A stretch of 64,000 bases of DNA from Eledone cirrhosa (Eukaryota): NCBI GenBank assembly GCA_964016885.1, contig OZ024766.1, positions 3,534,001-3,598,000 of the forward strand. The letters are read 5' to 3'. The notes beneath the pieces were generated by a model, which did no database searches, was not told the origin of the DNA, and was given only the letters and a program-made list of their open reading frames with translations. Positions 29,701 to 43,058 of the stretch are shown here, in pieces (position 1 is the stretch's first letter; each line of letters opens with the position of its first letter). The translations under genes and the position numbers were made by a program.

Positions 29701-32700
29701 CTACAGCGTTTCACCAGCCCCTTCTGCTGTCTGTATTTGTCTATATAGCCGGTAAACCCTGCAGGGACGCCACACACATCGCTACAGCGTTTCACCAGCC
29801 CCTTCTGCCCTCTGTATCTGTCTATGTAGCCGGTAAACCCTGCAGGGACGCCACACACATCGCTACAGCGTTTCACCAGCCCCTTCTGCCGTCTGTATCT
29901 GCCTATGTAGCCGGTAAACCCTGCAGGGACGCCACACACATCGCTACAGCGTTTCACCAGCCCCTTCTGCTGTCTGTATTTGTCTATATAGCCGGTAAAC
30001 CCTGCAGGGACGCCACACACGTCGCTACAGCGTTTCAGCAACCCCTTCTGTCGTCTGTATCTGTCTATGTAGCCGGTAAACCCTGCAGGGACGCCACACA
30101 CATCGCTACAGCGTTTCACCAGCCCCTTCTGCTGTCTGTATTTGTCTATATAGCCGGTAAACCCTGCAGGGACGCCACACACATCGCTACAGCGTTTCAC
30201 CAGCCCCTTCTGCCCTCTGTATCTGTCTATGTAGCCGGTAAACCCTGCAGGGACGCCACACACATCGCTACAGCGTTTCACCAGCCCCTTCTGCTGTCTG
30301 TATTTGTCTATATAGCCGGTAAACCCTGCAGGGACGCCACACACGTCGCTACAGCGTTTCACCAGCCCCTTCTGCCCTCTGTATCTGTCTATGTAGCCGG
30401 TAAACCCTGCAGGGACGCCACACACATCGCTACAGCGTTTCACCAGCCCCTTCTGCTGTCTGTATTTGTCTATATAGCCGGTAAACCCTGCAGGGACGCC
30501 ACACACATCGCTACAGCGTTTCACCAGCCCCTTCTGCCCTCTGTAGCTGTCTATGTAGCCGGTAAACCCTGCAGGGACGCCACACACATCGCTATAGCGT
30601 TTCACCAGCCCCTTCTGTCGTCTGTATCTGTCTATGTAGCCGGTAAACCCTGCAGGGAAGCCACACACATCGCTATAGCGTTTCACCAGCCTCTTCTGCT
30701 GTCTGTATTTGTCTATATAGCCGGTAAACCCTGCAGGGACGCCACACACATCGCTATAGCGTTTCACCAGCCCCTTCTGTCGTCTGTATCTGTCTATGTA
30801 GCCGGTAAACCCTGCAGGGAAGCCACACACATCGCTATAGCGTTTCACCAGCCTCTTCTGCTGTCTGTATTTGTCTATATAGCCGGTAAACCCTGCAGGG
30901 ACGCCACACACATCGCTATAGCGTTTCACCAGCCCCTTCTGTCGTCTGTATCTGTCTATGTAGCCGGTAAACCCTAAAGGGGCGCCACACACGTCTCTAC
31001 AGCGTTTCACCAGCCCCTTCTGTCGTCTGTATCTGTCTATGTAGCCGGTAAACCCTGCAGGGAAGCCACACACATCGCTACAGCGTTTCACCAGCCCCTT
31101 CTGCCGTCTGTATCTGTCTATGTAGCCGGTAAACCCTGCAGGGACGCCACACACATCGCTATAGCGTTTCACCAGCCCCTTCTGCCGTCTGTATCTGTCT
31201 ATGTAGCCGGTAAACCCTGCAGGGACGCCACACACATCGCTATAGCGTTTCACCAGCCCCTTCTGCTGTCTGTATCTGTCTATGTAGCCGGTAAACCCTG
31301 CAGGGACGCCACACACATCGCTATAGCGTTTCACCAGCCCCTTCTGCCGTCTGTATCTGTCTATGTAGCCGGTAAACCCTGCAGGGACGCCACACACATC
31401 GCTATAGCGTTTCACCAGCCCCTTCTGTCGTCTGTATCTGTCTATGTAGCCGGTAAACCCTGCAGGGACGCCACACACATCGCTATAGCGTTTCACCAGC
31501 CCCTTCTGTCGTCTGTATCTGTCTATGTAGCCGGTAAATCCTGCAGGGAAGCCACACACATCGCTACAGCGTTTCACCAGCCCCTTCTGTTGTCAGTATC
31601 TGCCTATGTAGCCGGTAAACCCTGCAGGGATGCCACACACATCGCTACAGCGTTTCACCAGCCCCTTCTGTCGTCTGTATCTGTCTATGTAGCCGGGAAA
31701 CCCTAAAGGGGCGCCACACACATCGCTACAGCGTTTCACCAGCCCCTTCTGCTGTCTGTATTTGTCTATGTAGCCGGTAAACGCTGCAGGGACGCCACAC
31801 ACATCGCTACAGCGTTTCACCAGCCCCTTCTGCTGTCTGTATCTGTCTATGTAGCCGGTAAACCCTGCAGGGACGCCACACACGTCGTTCCATAGTTTCA
31901 CCAGCCCCTTCTGCTGTCTGTATGTCTATGTAGCCGGTAAACCCTGCAGGGACGCCACACACATCGCTACAGCGTTTCACCAGCCCCTTCTGTTGTCTGT
32001 ATCTGTCTATGTAGCCGGTAAACCCTGCAGGGACGCCACACACATCGCTATAGCGTTTCACCAGCCCCTTCTGCCCTCTGTATCTGCCTATGTAGCCGGT
32101 AAACCCTGCAGGGACGCCACACACATCGCTATAGCGTTTCACCAGCCCCTTCTGCCCTCTGTATCTGTCTATGTAGCCGGTAAACCCTGCAGGGACGCCA
32201 CACACATCGCTACAGCGTTTCACCAGCCCCTTCTGCTGTCTGTATCTGTCTATGTAGCCGGTAAACCCTGCAGGGAAGCCACACCCATCGCTACAGCGTT
32301 TCACCAGCCCCTTCTGCTGTCTGTATCTGTCTATGTAGCCGGTAAACCCTGCAGGGAAGCCACACACATCGCTACAGCGTTTCACCAGCCCCTTCTGCTG
32401 TCTGTATTTGTCTATATAGCCGGTAAACCCTGCAGGGAAGCCACACACATCGCTACAGCGTTTCACCAGCCCCTTCTGTCGTCTGTATCTGTCTATGTAG
32501 CCGGGAAACCCTAAAGGGGCGCCACACACATCGCTACAGCGTTTCACCAGCCCCTTCTGCTGTCTGTATTTGTCTATATAGCCGGTAAACCCTGCAGGGA
32601 TGCCACACACATCGCTACAGCGTTTCACCAGCCCCTTCTGTCGTCTGTATCTGTCTATGTAGCCGGGAAACCCTAAAGGGGCGCCACACACATCGCTACA

Positions 32701-35700
32701 GCGTTTCACCAGCCCCTTCTGCTGTCTGTATTTGTCTATGTAGCCGGTAAACGCTGCAGGGACGCCACACACATCGCTACAGCGTTTCACCAGCCCCTTC
32801 TGCCGTCTGTATCTGTCTATGTAGCCGGTAAACCCTGCAGGGACGCCACACACGTCGCTACAGTGTTTCACCAGCCCCTTCTGCTGTCTGTATGTCTATG
32901 TAGCCGGTAAACCCTGCAGGGACGCCACACACATCGCTACAGCGTTTCACCAGCCCCTTCTGTTGTCTGTATCTGTCTATGTAGCCGGTAAACCCTGCAG
33001 GGACGCCACACACATCGCTATAGCGTTTCACCAGCCCCTTCTGCCCTCTGTATCTGCCTATGTAGCCGGTAAACCCTGCAGGGACGCCACACACATCGCT
33101 ATAGCGTTTCACCAGCCCCTTCTGCCCTCTGTATCTGTCTATGTAGCCGGTAAACCCTGCAGGGACGCCACACACATCGCTACAGCGTTTCACCAGCCCC
33201 TTCTGCTGTCTGTATCTGTCTATGTAGCCGGTAAACCCTGCAGGGAAGCCACACACATCGCTACAGCGTTTCACCAGCCCCTTCTGCTGTCTGTATCTGT
33301 CTATGTAGCCGGTAAACCCTGCAGGGAAGCCACACACATCGCTACAGCGTTTCACCAGCCCCTTCTGCTGTCTGTATTTGTCTATATAGCCGGTAAACCC
33401 TGCAGGGAAGCCACACACATCGCTACAGCGTTTCACCAGCCCCTTCTGCTGTCTGTATTTGTCTATGTAGCCGGTAAACCCTGCAGGGACGCCACACACA
33501 TCGCTATAGCGTTTCACCAGCCCCTTCTGTCGTCTGTATCTGTCTATGTAGCCGGTAAACCCTGCAGGGACGCCACACACGTCGCTATAGCGTTTCACCA
33601 GCCCCTTCTGCTGTCTGTATCTGTCTATGTAGCCGGTAAACCCTGCAGGGACGCCACACACGTCGCTACAGCGTTTCACCAGCCCCTTCTGCTGTCTGTA
33701 TCTGTCTATGTAGCCGGTAAACCCTGCAGGGACGCCACACACATCGCTACAGCGTTTCACCAGCCCCTTCTGCTGTCTGTATCTGTCTATGTAGCCGGTA
33801 AACCCTGCAGGGAAGCCACACACATCGCTACAGCGTTTCACCAGCCCCTTCTGCTGTCTGTATTTGTCTATGTAGCCGGTAAACCCTGCAGGGACGCCAC
33901 ACACATCGCTACAGCGTTTCACCAGCCCCTTCTGTCGTCTGTATCTGTCTATGTAGCCGGTAAACCCTGCAGGGACGCCACACACGTCGCTACAGCGTTT
34001 CACCAGCCCCTTCTGCTGTCTGTATTTGTCTATATAGCCGGTAAACCCTGCAGGGACGCCACACACGTCGCTACAGCGTTTCACCAGCCTCTTCTGCTGT
34101 CTGTATCTGCCTATGTAGCCGGTAAACCCTGCAGGGACGCCACACACATCGCTACAGCGTTTCACCAGCCCCTTCTGCCCTCTGTATCTGTCTATGTAGC
34201 CGGTAAACCCTGCAGGGAAGCCACACACATCGCTACAGCGTTTCACCAGCCCCTTCTGCTGTCTGTATTTGTCTATGTAGCCGGTAAACCCTGCAGGGGC
34301 GCCACACACGTCTCTACAGCGTTTCACCAGCCTCTTCTGCTGTCAGTATTTGTCTATGTAGCCGGTAAACCCTGCAGGGACGCCACACACGTCTCTACAG
34401 CGTTTCACCAGCCTCTTCTGCTGTCTGTATTTGTCTATGTAGCCGGTAAACCCTGCAGGGACGCCACACACATCGCTACAGCGTTTCACCAGCCCCTTCT
34501 GTCGTCTGTATCTGTCTATGTAGCCGGTAAACCCTGCAGGGACGCCACACACATCGCTACAGCGTTTCACCAGCCCCTTCTGCCCTCTGTATCTGTCTAT
34601 GTAGCCGGTAAACCCTGCAGGGACGCCACACACGTCGCTATAGCGTTTCACCAGCCCCTTCTGCCGTCTGTATCTGGCTATGTAGCCGGTAAACCCTGCA
34701 GGGACGCCACACACGTCTCTACAGCGTTTCACCAGCCCCTTCTGCTGTCTGTATTTGTCTATGTAGCCGGTAAACCCTGCAGGGATGCCACACACATCGC
34801 TACAGCGTTTCACCAGCCCCTTCTGCCCTCTGTATCTGTCTATGTAGCCGGTAAACCCTGCAGGGACGCCACACACGTCTCTACAGCGTTTCACCAGCCC
34901 CTTCTGCTGTCTGTATCTGCCTATGTAGCCGGTAAACCCTGCAGGGACGCCACACACATCGCTACAGCGTTTCACCAGCCCCTTCTGCTGTCTGTATCTG
35001 CCTATGTAGCCGGTAAACCCTGCAGGGACGCCACACACATCGCTACAGCGTTTCACCAGCCCCTTCTGCTGTCTGTATCTGCCTATGTAGCCGGTAAACC
35101 CTGCAGGGACGCCACACACATCGCTACAGCGTTTCACCAGCCCCTTCTGCCCTCTGTATCTGTCTATGTAGCCGGTAAACCCTGCAGGGACGCCACACAC
35201 GTCTCTACAGCGTTTCACCAGCCCCTTCTGCTGTCTGTATCTGCCTATGTAGCCGGTAAACCCTGCAGGGACGCCACACACATCGCTACAGCGTTTCACC
35301 AGCCCCTTCTGCTGTCTGTATCTGCCTATGTAGCCGGTAAACCCTGCAGGGACGCCACACACATCGCTACAGCGTTTCACCAGCCCCTTCTGCTGTCTGT
35401 ATCTGCCTATGTAGCCGGTAAACCCTGCAGGGACGCCACACACATCGCTACAGCGTTTCACCAGCCCCTTCTGCCCTCTGTATCTGTCTATGTAGCCGGT
35501 AAACCCTGCAGGGACGCCACACACGTCGCTATAGCGTTTCACCAGCCCCTTCTGCCGTCTGTATCTGGCTATGTAGCCGGTAAACCCTGCAGGGACGCCA
35601 CACACGTCTCTACAGCGTTTCACCAGCCCCTTCTGCTGTCTGTATTTGTCTATGTAGCCGGTAAACCCTGCAGGGATGCCACACACATCGCTACAGCGTT

Positions 35701-36448
35701 TCACCAGCCCCTTCTGCCCTCTGTATCTGTCTATGTAGCCGGTAAACCCTGCAGGGACGCCACACACGTCTCTACAGCGTTTCACCAGCCCCTTCTGCTG
35801 TCTGTATCTGCCTATGTAGCCGGTAAACCCTGCAGGGACGCCACACACATCGCTACAGCGTTTCACCAGCCCCTTCTGCTGTCTGTATCTGCCTATGTAG
35901 CCGGTAAACCCTGCAGGGACGCCACACACATCGCTACAGCGTTTCACCAGCCCCTTCTGCTGTCTGTATCTGCCTATGTAGCCGGTAAACCCTGCAGGGA
36001 CGCCACACACATCGCTACAGCGTTTCACCAGCCCCTTCTGCTGTCTGTATCTGTCTATGTAGCCGGTAAACCCTGCAGGAAAGCCACACACGTCGCTACA
36101 GCGTTTCACCAGCCCCTTCTGCTGTCTGTATCTGTCTATGTAGCCGGGAAACCCTAAAGGGGCGCCACACACATCGCTACAGCGTTTCACCAGCCCCTTC
36201 TGTCGTCTGTATCTGTCTATGTAGCCGGTAAACCCTGCAGGGACGCTACACACATTGCTACAGCGTTTCACCAGCCCCTTCTGCTGTCTCTATCTGTTGA
36301 TTAAATCAACCTCAGTACATTACTGGTACTTGATTTTATTGACCCCATAAGGATGAAAGGCAAAGTTAACCACAGCAAGATTTGGACTCCCCCCCTCTCT
36401 CTCTCTCTCCCTCTCTCTCTCTCACCCTCTCTCTCTCTCTCCCTCACC

Positions 36449-36484
<36 letters not shown>

Positions 36485-36535
36485 CCCTCTCACCCTCTCT
36501 CTCTCACCCCCTCTCTCTATCTCTTTCTCTCTCTC

Positions 36536-36569
<34 letters not shown>

Positions 36570-39081
36570 ACCCTCTCTCTCTGTCACCCTCTCTCTCTCT
36601 CACCCTCTCTCTTATCCAGGGTAGCTGGGTACCCACCCACTCTCTCTCTCTACCTTTATCTCTCTCTCTCTCTTATCCAGGGTAGCTGGGTACCCACCCC
36701 CCTCTTACTCACTACCTACCTCTATCTCTCTCTCTCTCTTATCCAGGGTAGCTGGGTACCCACCCCCTCTTACTCTCTACCTACCTTTATCTCTCTCTCT
36801 CTTATCCAGGGTAGCTGGGTACCCACCCCCTCTTACTCTCTACCTACCTTTATATCTCTCTCTCTTATCCAGGGTAGCTGGGTACTACCAGCATTGAAAC
36901 AGTTGCTCCATTTGTGTAAGAATATATCAAAACAGAACCTCAACAAGTCGGACAAGGTAAGTGGAATGTTTTCTCATTAAATTTTACCTTTTTCTATATT
37001 AAAAGTTAGTAATTAAAGAATATATTTAACTCTTTACCATTTACATTACTATATATCATCATCACCATCATCATCATCACCGTTTTACGTCCGTTCTTCC
37101 ACGCTAGCATGGGTTGGACAGGTTGTCCTGTTGTGGGCAGTGCCCGGTCGGCTGACCTTGTTAGACGGGTTGTCCTGTTGTGGGCAGTGCCCGATCGGCT
37201 GACCTTGTTAGACGGGTTGTCCTGTTGTGGGCAGTGCCCGGTCGGCTGACCTTGTTAGACGGGTTGTCCTGTTGTGGGCAGTGTCCGGTCGGCTGACCTT
37301 GTTAGACGGGTTGTCCTGTTGTGGGCAGTGCCCGGTCGGCTGACCTTGTTAGACGGGTTGTCCTGTTGTGGGCAGTGCCCGGTCGGCTGACCTTGTTAGA
37401 CGGGTTGTCCTGTTGTGGGCAGTGCCCGGTCGGCTGACCTTGTTAGACGGGTCCTGTTGTGGGCAGTGTCCGATCGGCTGACCTTGTTAGACGGGTTGTC
37501 CTGTTGTGGGCAGTGTCCGGTCGGCTGACCTTGTTAGACGGGTTGTCCTGTTGTGGGCAGTGCCCGGTCGGCTGACCTTGTTAGACGGGTTGTCCTGTTG
37601 TGGGCAGTGTCCGATCGGCTGACCTTGTTAGACGGGTTGTCCTGTTGTGGGCAGTGCCCGGTCGGCTGACCTTGTTAGACGGGTTGTCCTGTTGTGGGCA
37701 GTGCCCGGTCGGCTGACCTTGTTAGACGGGTTGTCCTGTTGTGGGCAGTGTCCGGTCGGCTGACCTTGTTAGACGGGTTGTCCTGTTGTGGGCAGTGCCC
37801 GGTCGGCTGACCTTGTTAGACGGGTTGTCCTGTTGTGGGCAGTGTCCGGTCGGCTGACCTTGTTAGACGGGTTGTCCTGTTGTGGGCAGTGCCCGGTCGG
37901 CTGACCTTGTTAGACGGGTTGTCCTGTTGTGGGCAGTGCCCGGTCGGCTGACCTTGTTAGACGGGTTGTCCTGTTGTGGGCACTGTCCGGTCGGCTGACC
38001 TTGTTAGACGGGTTGTCCTGTTGTGGGCAGTGCCCGGTCGGCTGACCTTGTTAGACGGGTTGTCCTGTTGTGGGCACTGTCCTGTCGGCTGACCTTGTTA
38101 GACGGGTTGTCCTGTTGTGCGCAGTGTCCGGTCGGCTGACCTTGTTAGACGGGTTGTCCTGTTGTGGGCAGTGTCCTGTCGGCTGACCTTGTTATATATA
38201 TATACACACACACACATATATAAATATATATATATACACACATACACACACATATATAAATATATATATATACATACACCGTGTACACTCTGTAATATTG
38301 TGTTAAAATCTATTTTCAGGGCATCCTTTATGAACTAAACCGGAATCAAGATGTGGTCAAACTAGTGACCGGCAGTTTATTAAAATGTCACAAGATGGCT
38401 GCCAGCATTGACAGTAATTTGAGCCCCTTGACCGTGGTTGATGGACGATATACACATGCTGAGGTAACTCCTTATTACATTATCTGTTTTGGGGGTCAGT
38501 AGAAGGGGAGAAGAGGACATGGGGACCAGCTGGGGACTGTTTCAAGAAAGACCCACTCCCAACAAAGACCCACTCCCAAGGAAGACCAGTTCCCAAGAAA
38601 GATCTGCTCACAAGAAAAAAACCCTCCCAAGAAAAGCTTGCCCCCAAAAGACCCTCTTCCAAGAAATACCCATTCACACCTCACAGCTTTGAAATGAAAT
38701 TTGCAGCTCACCCCAGTCCTATCATATTGTTACAGTTCACACTTATGTAGGTTTAGCTGGCCTCCTACAAGGTTGTATCTCATAGGAGATTTCTTGGGTG
38801 TTTTAATGATAGGGACCCCAGTCCTATCATGTTACATCTCACACCTATGTAGGTTTAGCTGGCCTCCTACAAGGTTGTATCTCATAGGAGATTTCTTGGG
38901 TGTTTTAATGATAGGGACCCCAGTCCTATCATGTTGTTACATCTCACACCTATGTAGGTTTAGCTGGCCTCCTACAAGGTTGTAACTCATAGGAGGTTTC
39001 ATGGGTGTTTTAATAAGTTGGCATCTCTCTCTCTCCCAGTATATATATATATCACAGAATATCTCTCTCTTCCCTAGTATG

Positions 39082-39120
<39 letters not shown>

Positions 39121-39215
39121 CTCTCACTCTCTCTCTATATATATATCTTCCCTAGTATGTGTGTGTGTATATATAACTCTCTCACTCTATATATATATAT
39201 ATATATCTTCTCTAG

Positions 39216-39262
<47 letters not shown>

Positions 39263-42200
39263 GTAGTTTAGAAAGCCACAACAATGCAGAGGGAAATCTC
39301 GAGGTAGGAAGTGAATGATAGGAGAAATAGGATAAAGTGAAAATTGAGAGAGACAAAGATGAAAACAAAACAAAGGTAGAAGGGTTACCGTAGTGGAGAT
39401 TTAATCCCAATATTTCGGGCTCACGCCCATCAACGGGGGAAAAGTTCCAAAAGGGGGGGAACAGGCTAAGCGGAGAAAGTTGTGATGTTGTTAAAACAGG
39501 AATTAACGACATCACAACTTTCTCCGCTTAGCCTGTTCCCCCCCCTTTTGGAACTTTTCCCCCGTTGATGGGCGTGAGCCCGAAATATTGGGATTAAATC
39601 TCCACTACGGTAACCCTTCTACCTTTGTTTTGTTTTCATCTTTGTCTCTCTCAATTTTCACTTTCTCCTGTTTCTCCTATCTATCATTCACTTCCTACCT
39701 CGAGATTTCCCTCTGCATTGTTGTGGCTTTCTAAACTACGTATTTTACACATTTCACAATGCTTCAAGCAAACTTTAACACCCTCTTATATATATATATA
39801 TACATATATATATATACCAGTATATATAACTCTCTCTATATATATATCTCTCTCTTTCCCCCAGTATGTGTCTACACACCTCAACTTTCTCCAATACATT
39901 CTCCAAGTTGGTATCCAGACGTTGACTTGGAACCGAGCCCGTGAGATTTGGACTACTTTGGTGGCTAATGTTGACGCCTCTGACTGGGACAAGGAGGTAA
40001 GTGTTGTAGTGGTGGTGTAGTGGTGGTGATGGTCTGGTGTTGTGTGGTGTGGTGTTATAGTAATGGCAGTGTGGTGGGGCGTTGAGAGATATCAAAATCT
40101 CATAATTTGATATTATGTGAGGTAAAGCCTTTACTGTGAAAATACAATAGTATATATAGAGTAATGTAAATGTTGTGTGAGATATTATGTGAGGTAAAGC
40201 CTTTACTGTGAAAATACAATAGTATATATAGAGTAATGTAAATGTTATGTGAGATATTATGTGAGGTGAAGCCTTTACTGTGAAAATACAATAGTATATA
40301 TAGAGTAATGTAAATGTTATGTGTGATATTATGTGAGGTAAAGCCTTTACTGTGAAAATACAATAGTATATATAGAGTAATGTAAATGTTATGTGAGGTA
40401 TTATGTGAGGTAAAGCCTTTACTGTGAAAATACAATAGTATATATAGAGTAATGTAAATGTTATGTGAGATATTATGTGAGGTAAAGCCTTTACTGTGAC
40501 AATACAATAGTATATATAGAGTAATGTAAATGTTATGTGAGGTATTATGTGAGGTAAAGCTTTTACTGTGAAAATACAATAGTATATATAGAGTAATGTA
40601 AATGTTATGTGAGATATTATGTGAGGTAAAGCCTTTACTGTGACAATACAATAGTATATATAGAGTAATGTAAATGTTATGTGAGATATTATGTGAGGTA
40701 AAGCCTTTACTGTGAAAATACAATAGTATATATAGAGTAATGTAAATGTTATGTGAGATATTATGTGAGGTAAAGCCTTTACTGTGACAATACAATAGTA
40801 TATATAGAGTAATGTAAATGTTATGTGAGATATTATGTGAGGTAAAGCCTTTACTGTGAAAATACAATAGTATATATAGAGTAATGTAAATGTTATGTGA
40901 GATATTATGTGAGGTAAAGCCTTTACTGTGAAAATACAATAGTATATATAGAGTAATGTAAATGTTATGTGAGATATTATGTGAGGTAAAGCCTTTACTG
41001 TGAAAATACAATAGTATATATAGAGTAATGTAAATGTTATGTGAGATATTATGTGAGGTAAAGCCTTTACTGTGACAATACAATAGTATATATAGAGTAG
41101 TGTAAATGTTATGGGGTTAATCTTTCTCTGGGTTGCAGACATGTTACGAGTGGTTCAGTCACGGAATTGAAGACCTCGACACTGAAGCTGTCAGTCAGCT
41201 GTTCCAGAAGGAACTCCTTAAATTAGACCCTTCCGTCCTCACTGAAAAAGGTCAGTCACTCCCCTTTTTTTTTTCTTTTTTTAAACTTCTTCTGTCGGTC
41301 ATCATTAACCCTTGATCCCTAAAAAAGGGGGACTAAGGCCCCAGAAAGGGCATGGTCCCTGCATGTGGTAAGATGTGGAAGGGGTACATACAAAGGTATT
41401 GCGGCCCCAGAAAGGGCATGGTCCCTACATGTGGTAAGATGTGGACGGGGTACATACAAAGGTATTGCGGCCCCAGAAATGTCATGGTCCCTACATGTGG
41501 TAAGATGTGGAAGGGGTACATACAAAGGTATTGCAGCCCCAGAAAGGGCATGGTCCCTACATGTGGTAAGATGTGGACGGGGTACATACAAAGGTATTGC
41601 GGCCCCAGAAAGGGCATGGTCCCTACATGTGGTAAGATGTGGAAGGGGTACATACAAAGGTATTGCAGCCCCAGAAAGGGCATGGTCCCTACATGTGGTA
41701 AGATGTGGACGGGGTACATACAAAGGTATTGCGGCCCCAGAAATGTCATGGTCCCTACATGTGGTAAGATGTGGACGGGGTACATACAAAGGTATTGTGG
41801 CCCCAGAAATGTCATGGTCCCTACATGTGGTAAGATGTGGACGGGGTACATACAAGGGTATTGACCAACCTTGCCTCAAGTGGGACAAGTCCCGTCTAAC
41901 CCATGCTGGCGTGCAAGATGGACGTTAAACGATGCTGATGATGATGATGGTGGAGAGGGGGTTGGTGGTGGTGGAGGAGAGGGGGTTATTGGTGGTGGTG
42001 GAGGAGAGGGGGTTGTTGGTGGTGGTGGAGGAGAGGGGGTTATTGGTGGTGGTGGAGGAGAGGGGGTTGTTGGTGGTGGTGGAGGAGAGGGGGTTATTGT
42101 TGGTGGTGGAGGAGAGGGGGTTGTTGGTGGTGGTGGAGGAGAGGGGGTTATTGTTGGTGGTGGAGGAGAGGGGGTTGGTGGTGGTGGAGAGGGTGTTGGT

Positions 42201-43026
42201 GGTGGTGGAGGAGAGAGGGTGTTGTTGGTGTTGGTGGTGTGTGTGTATTGTGTAATTCTCATCACCGTTCTATGTTCTTTGAATTGTAGGGTTTACCTGT
42301 GTGAAAAACTTCTTTGAATCTGCCAACCTCTACGAACACAAACTGAAAAAATCGTCCACGGGTTTTAGTTTGGTAAGACTTATATATATATATATATCAT
42401 CATCATCATTCCATTTTATGTCGGCTTTTCCCTGCTTGCAAGGGTGTGACGGGAACTGATCCTGGCTTGATTTCTCCAGCTGGATGCCCTTCCTAACACC
42501 AACCTCATTTACAGTGAGTGCTGGGTGATTTTTTGCCGTGGCACCTCCACGTCCACTTTACAGTGAGTGCTGGGTGCTTTTTTGCCGTGGCACCTCCACA
42601 ACCACTTTACAGTGAGTGCTGGGTGCTTTTTTGCCGTGGCACCTCCACAACCACTTTACAGTGAGTGCTGGGTGCTTTTTTGCTGTGGCACCTCCACGAC
42701 CACTTTACAGTGAGTGCTGGGTGCTTTTTTGCCGTGGCACCTCCACAACCACTTTACAGTGAGTGCTGGGTGCCTTTTTCCCGTGGCACCTCCACAACCA
42801 CTTTACAGTGAGTGCTGGGTGCTTTTTTGCCGTGGCACCTCCACGACCACTTTGCAGTGGAATGATATGGACCCCAGTCCCTATCATCTCATTTCTACAG
42901 CTGAGTAAACTGGAGCAATGTGAAATAAAGTGTCTTGCTCAAGGACACAACACATCACCCGGTCTGAGAATTGAAATCACAACCTTTCGGTTGCAAGGCC
43001 AATGCTCTAACCACTAAGCCATGTGC

Positions 43027-43058
<32 letters not shown>

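Noticed and set aside
26615-36290. Very long ORFs (up to 1064 aa) on both strands
   Set aside because: They are translations of an 81-bp satellite. Stop and frameshift variants occur, there is no unique N- or C-terminus, and the array is intronic.
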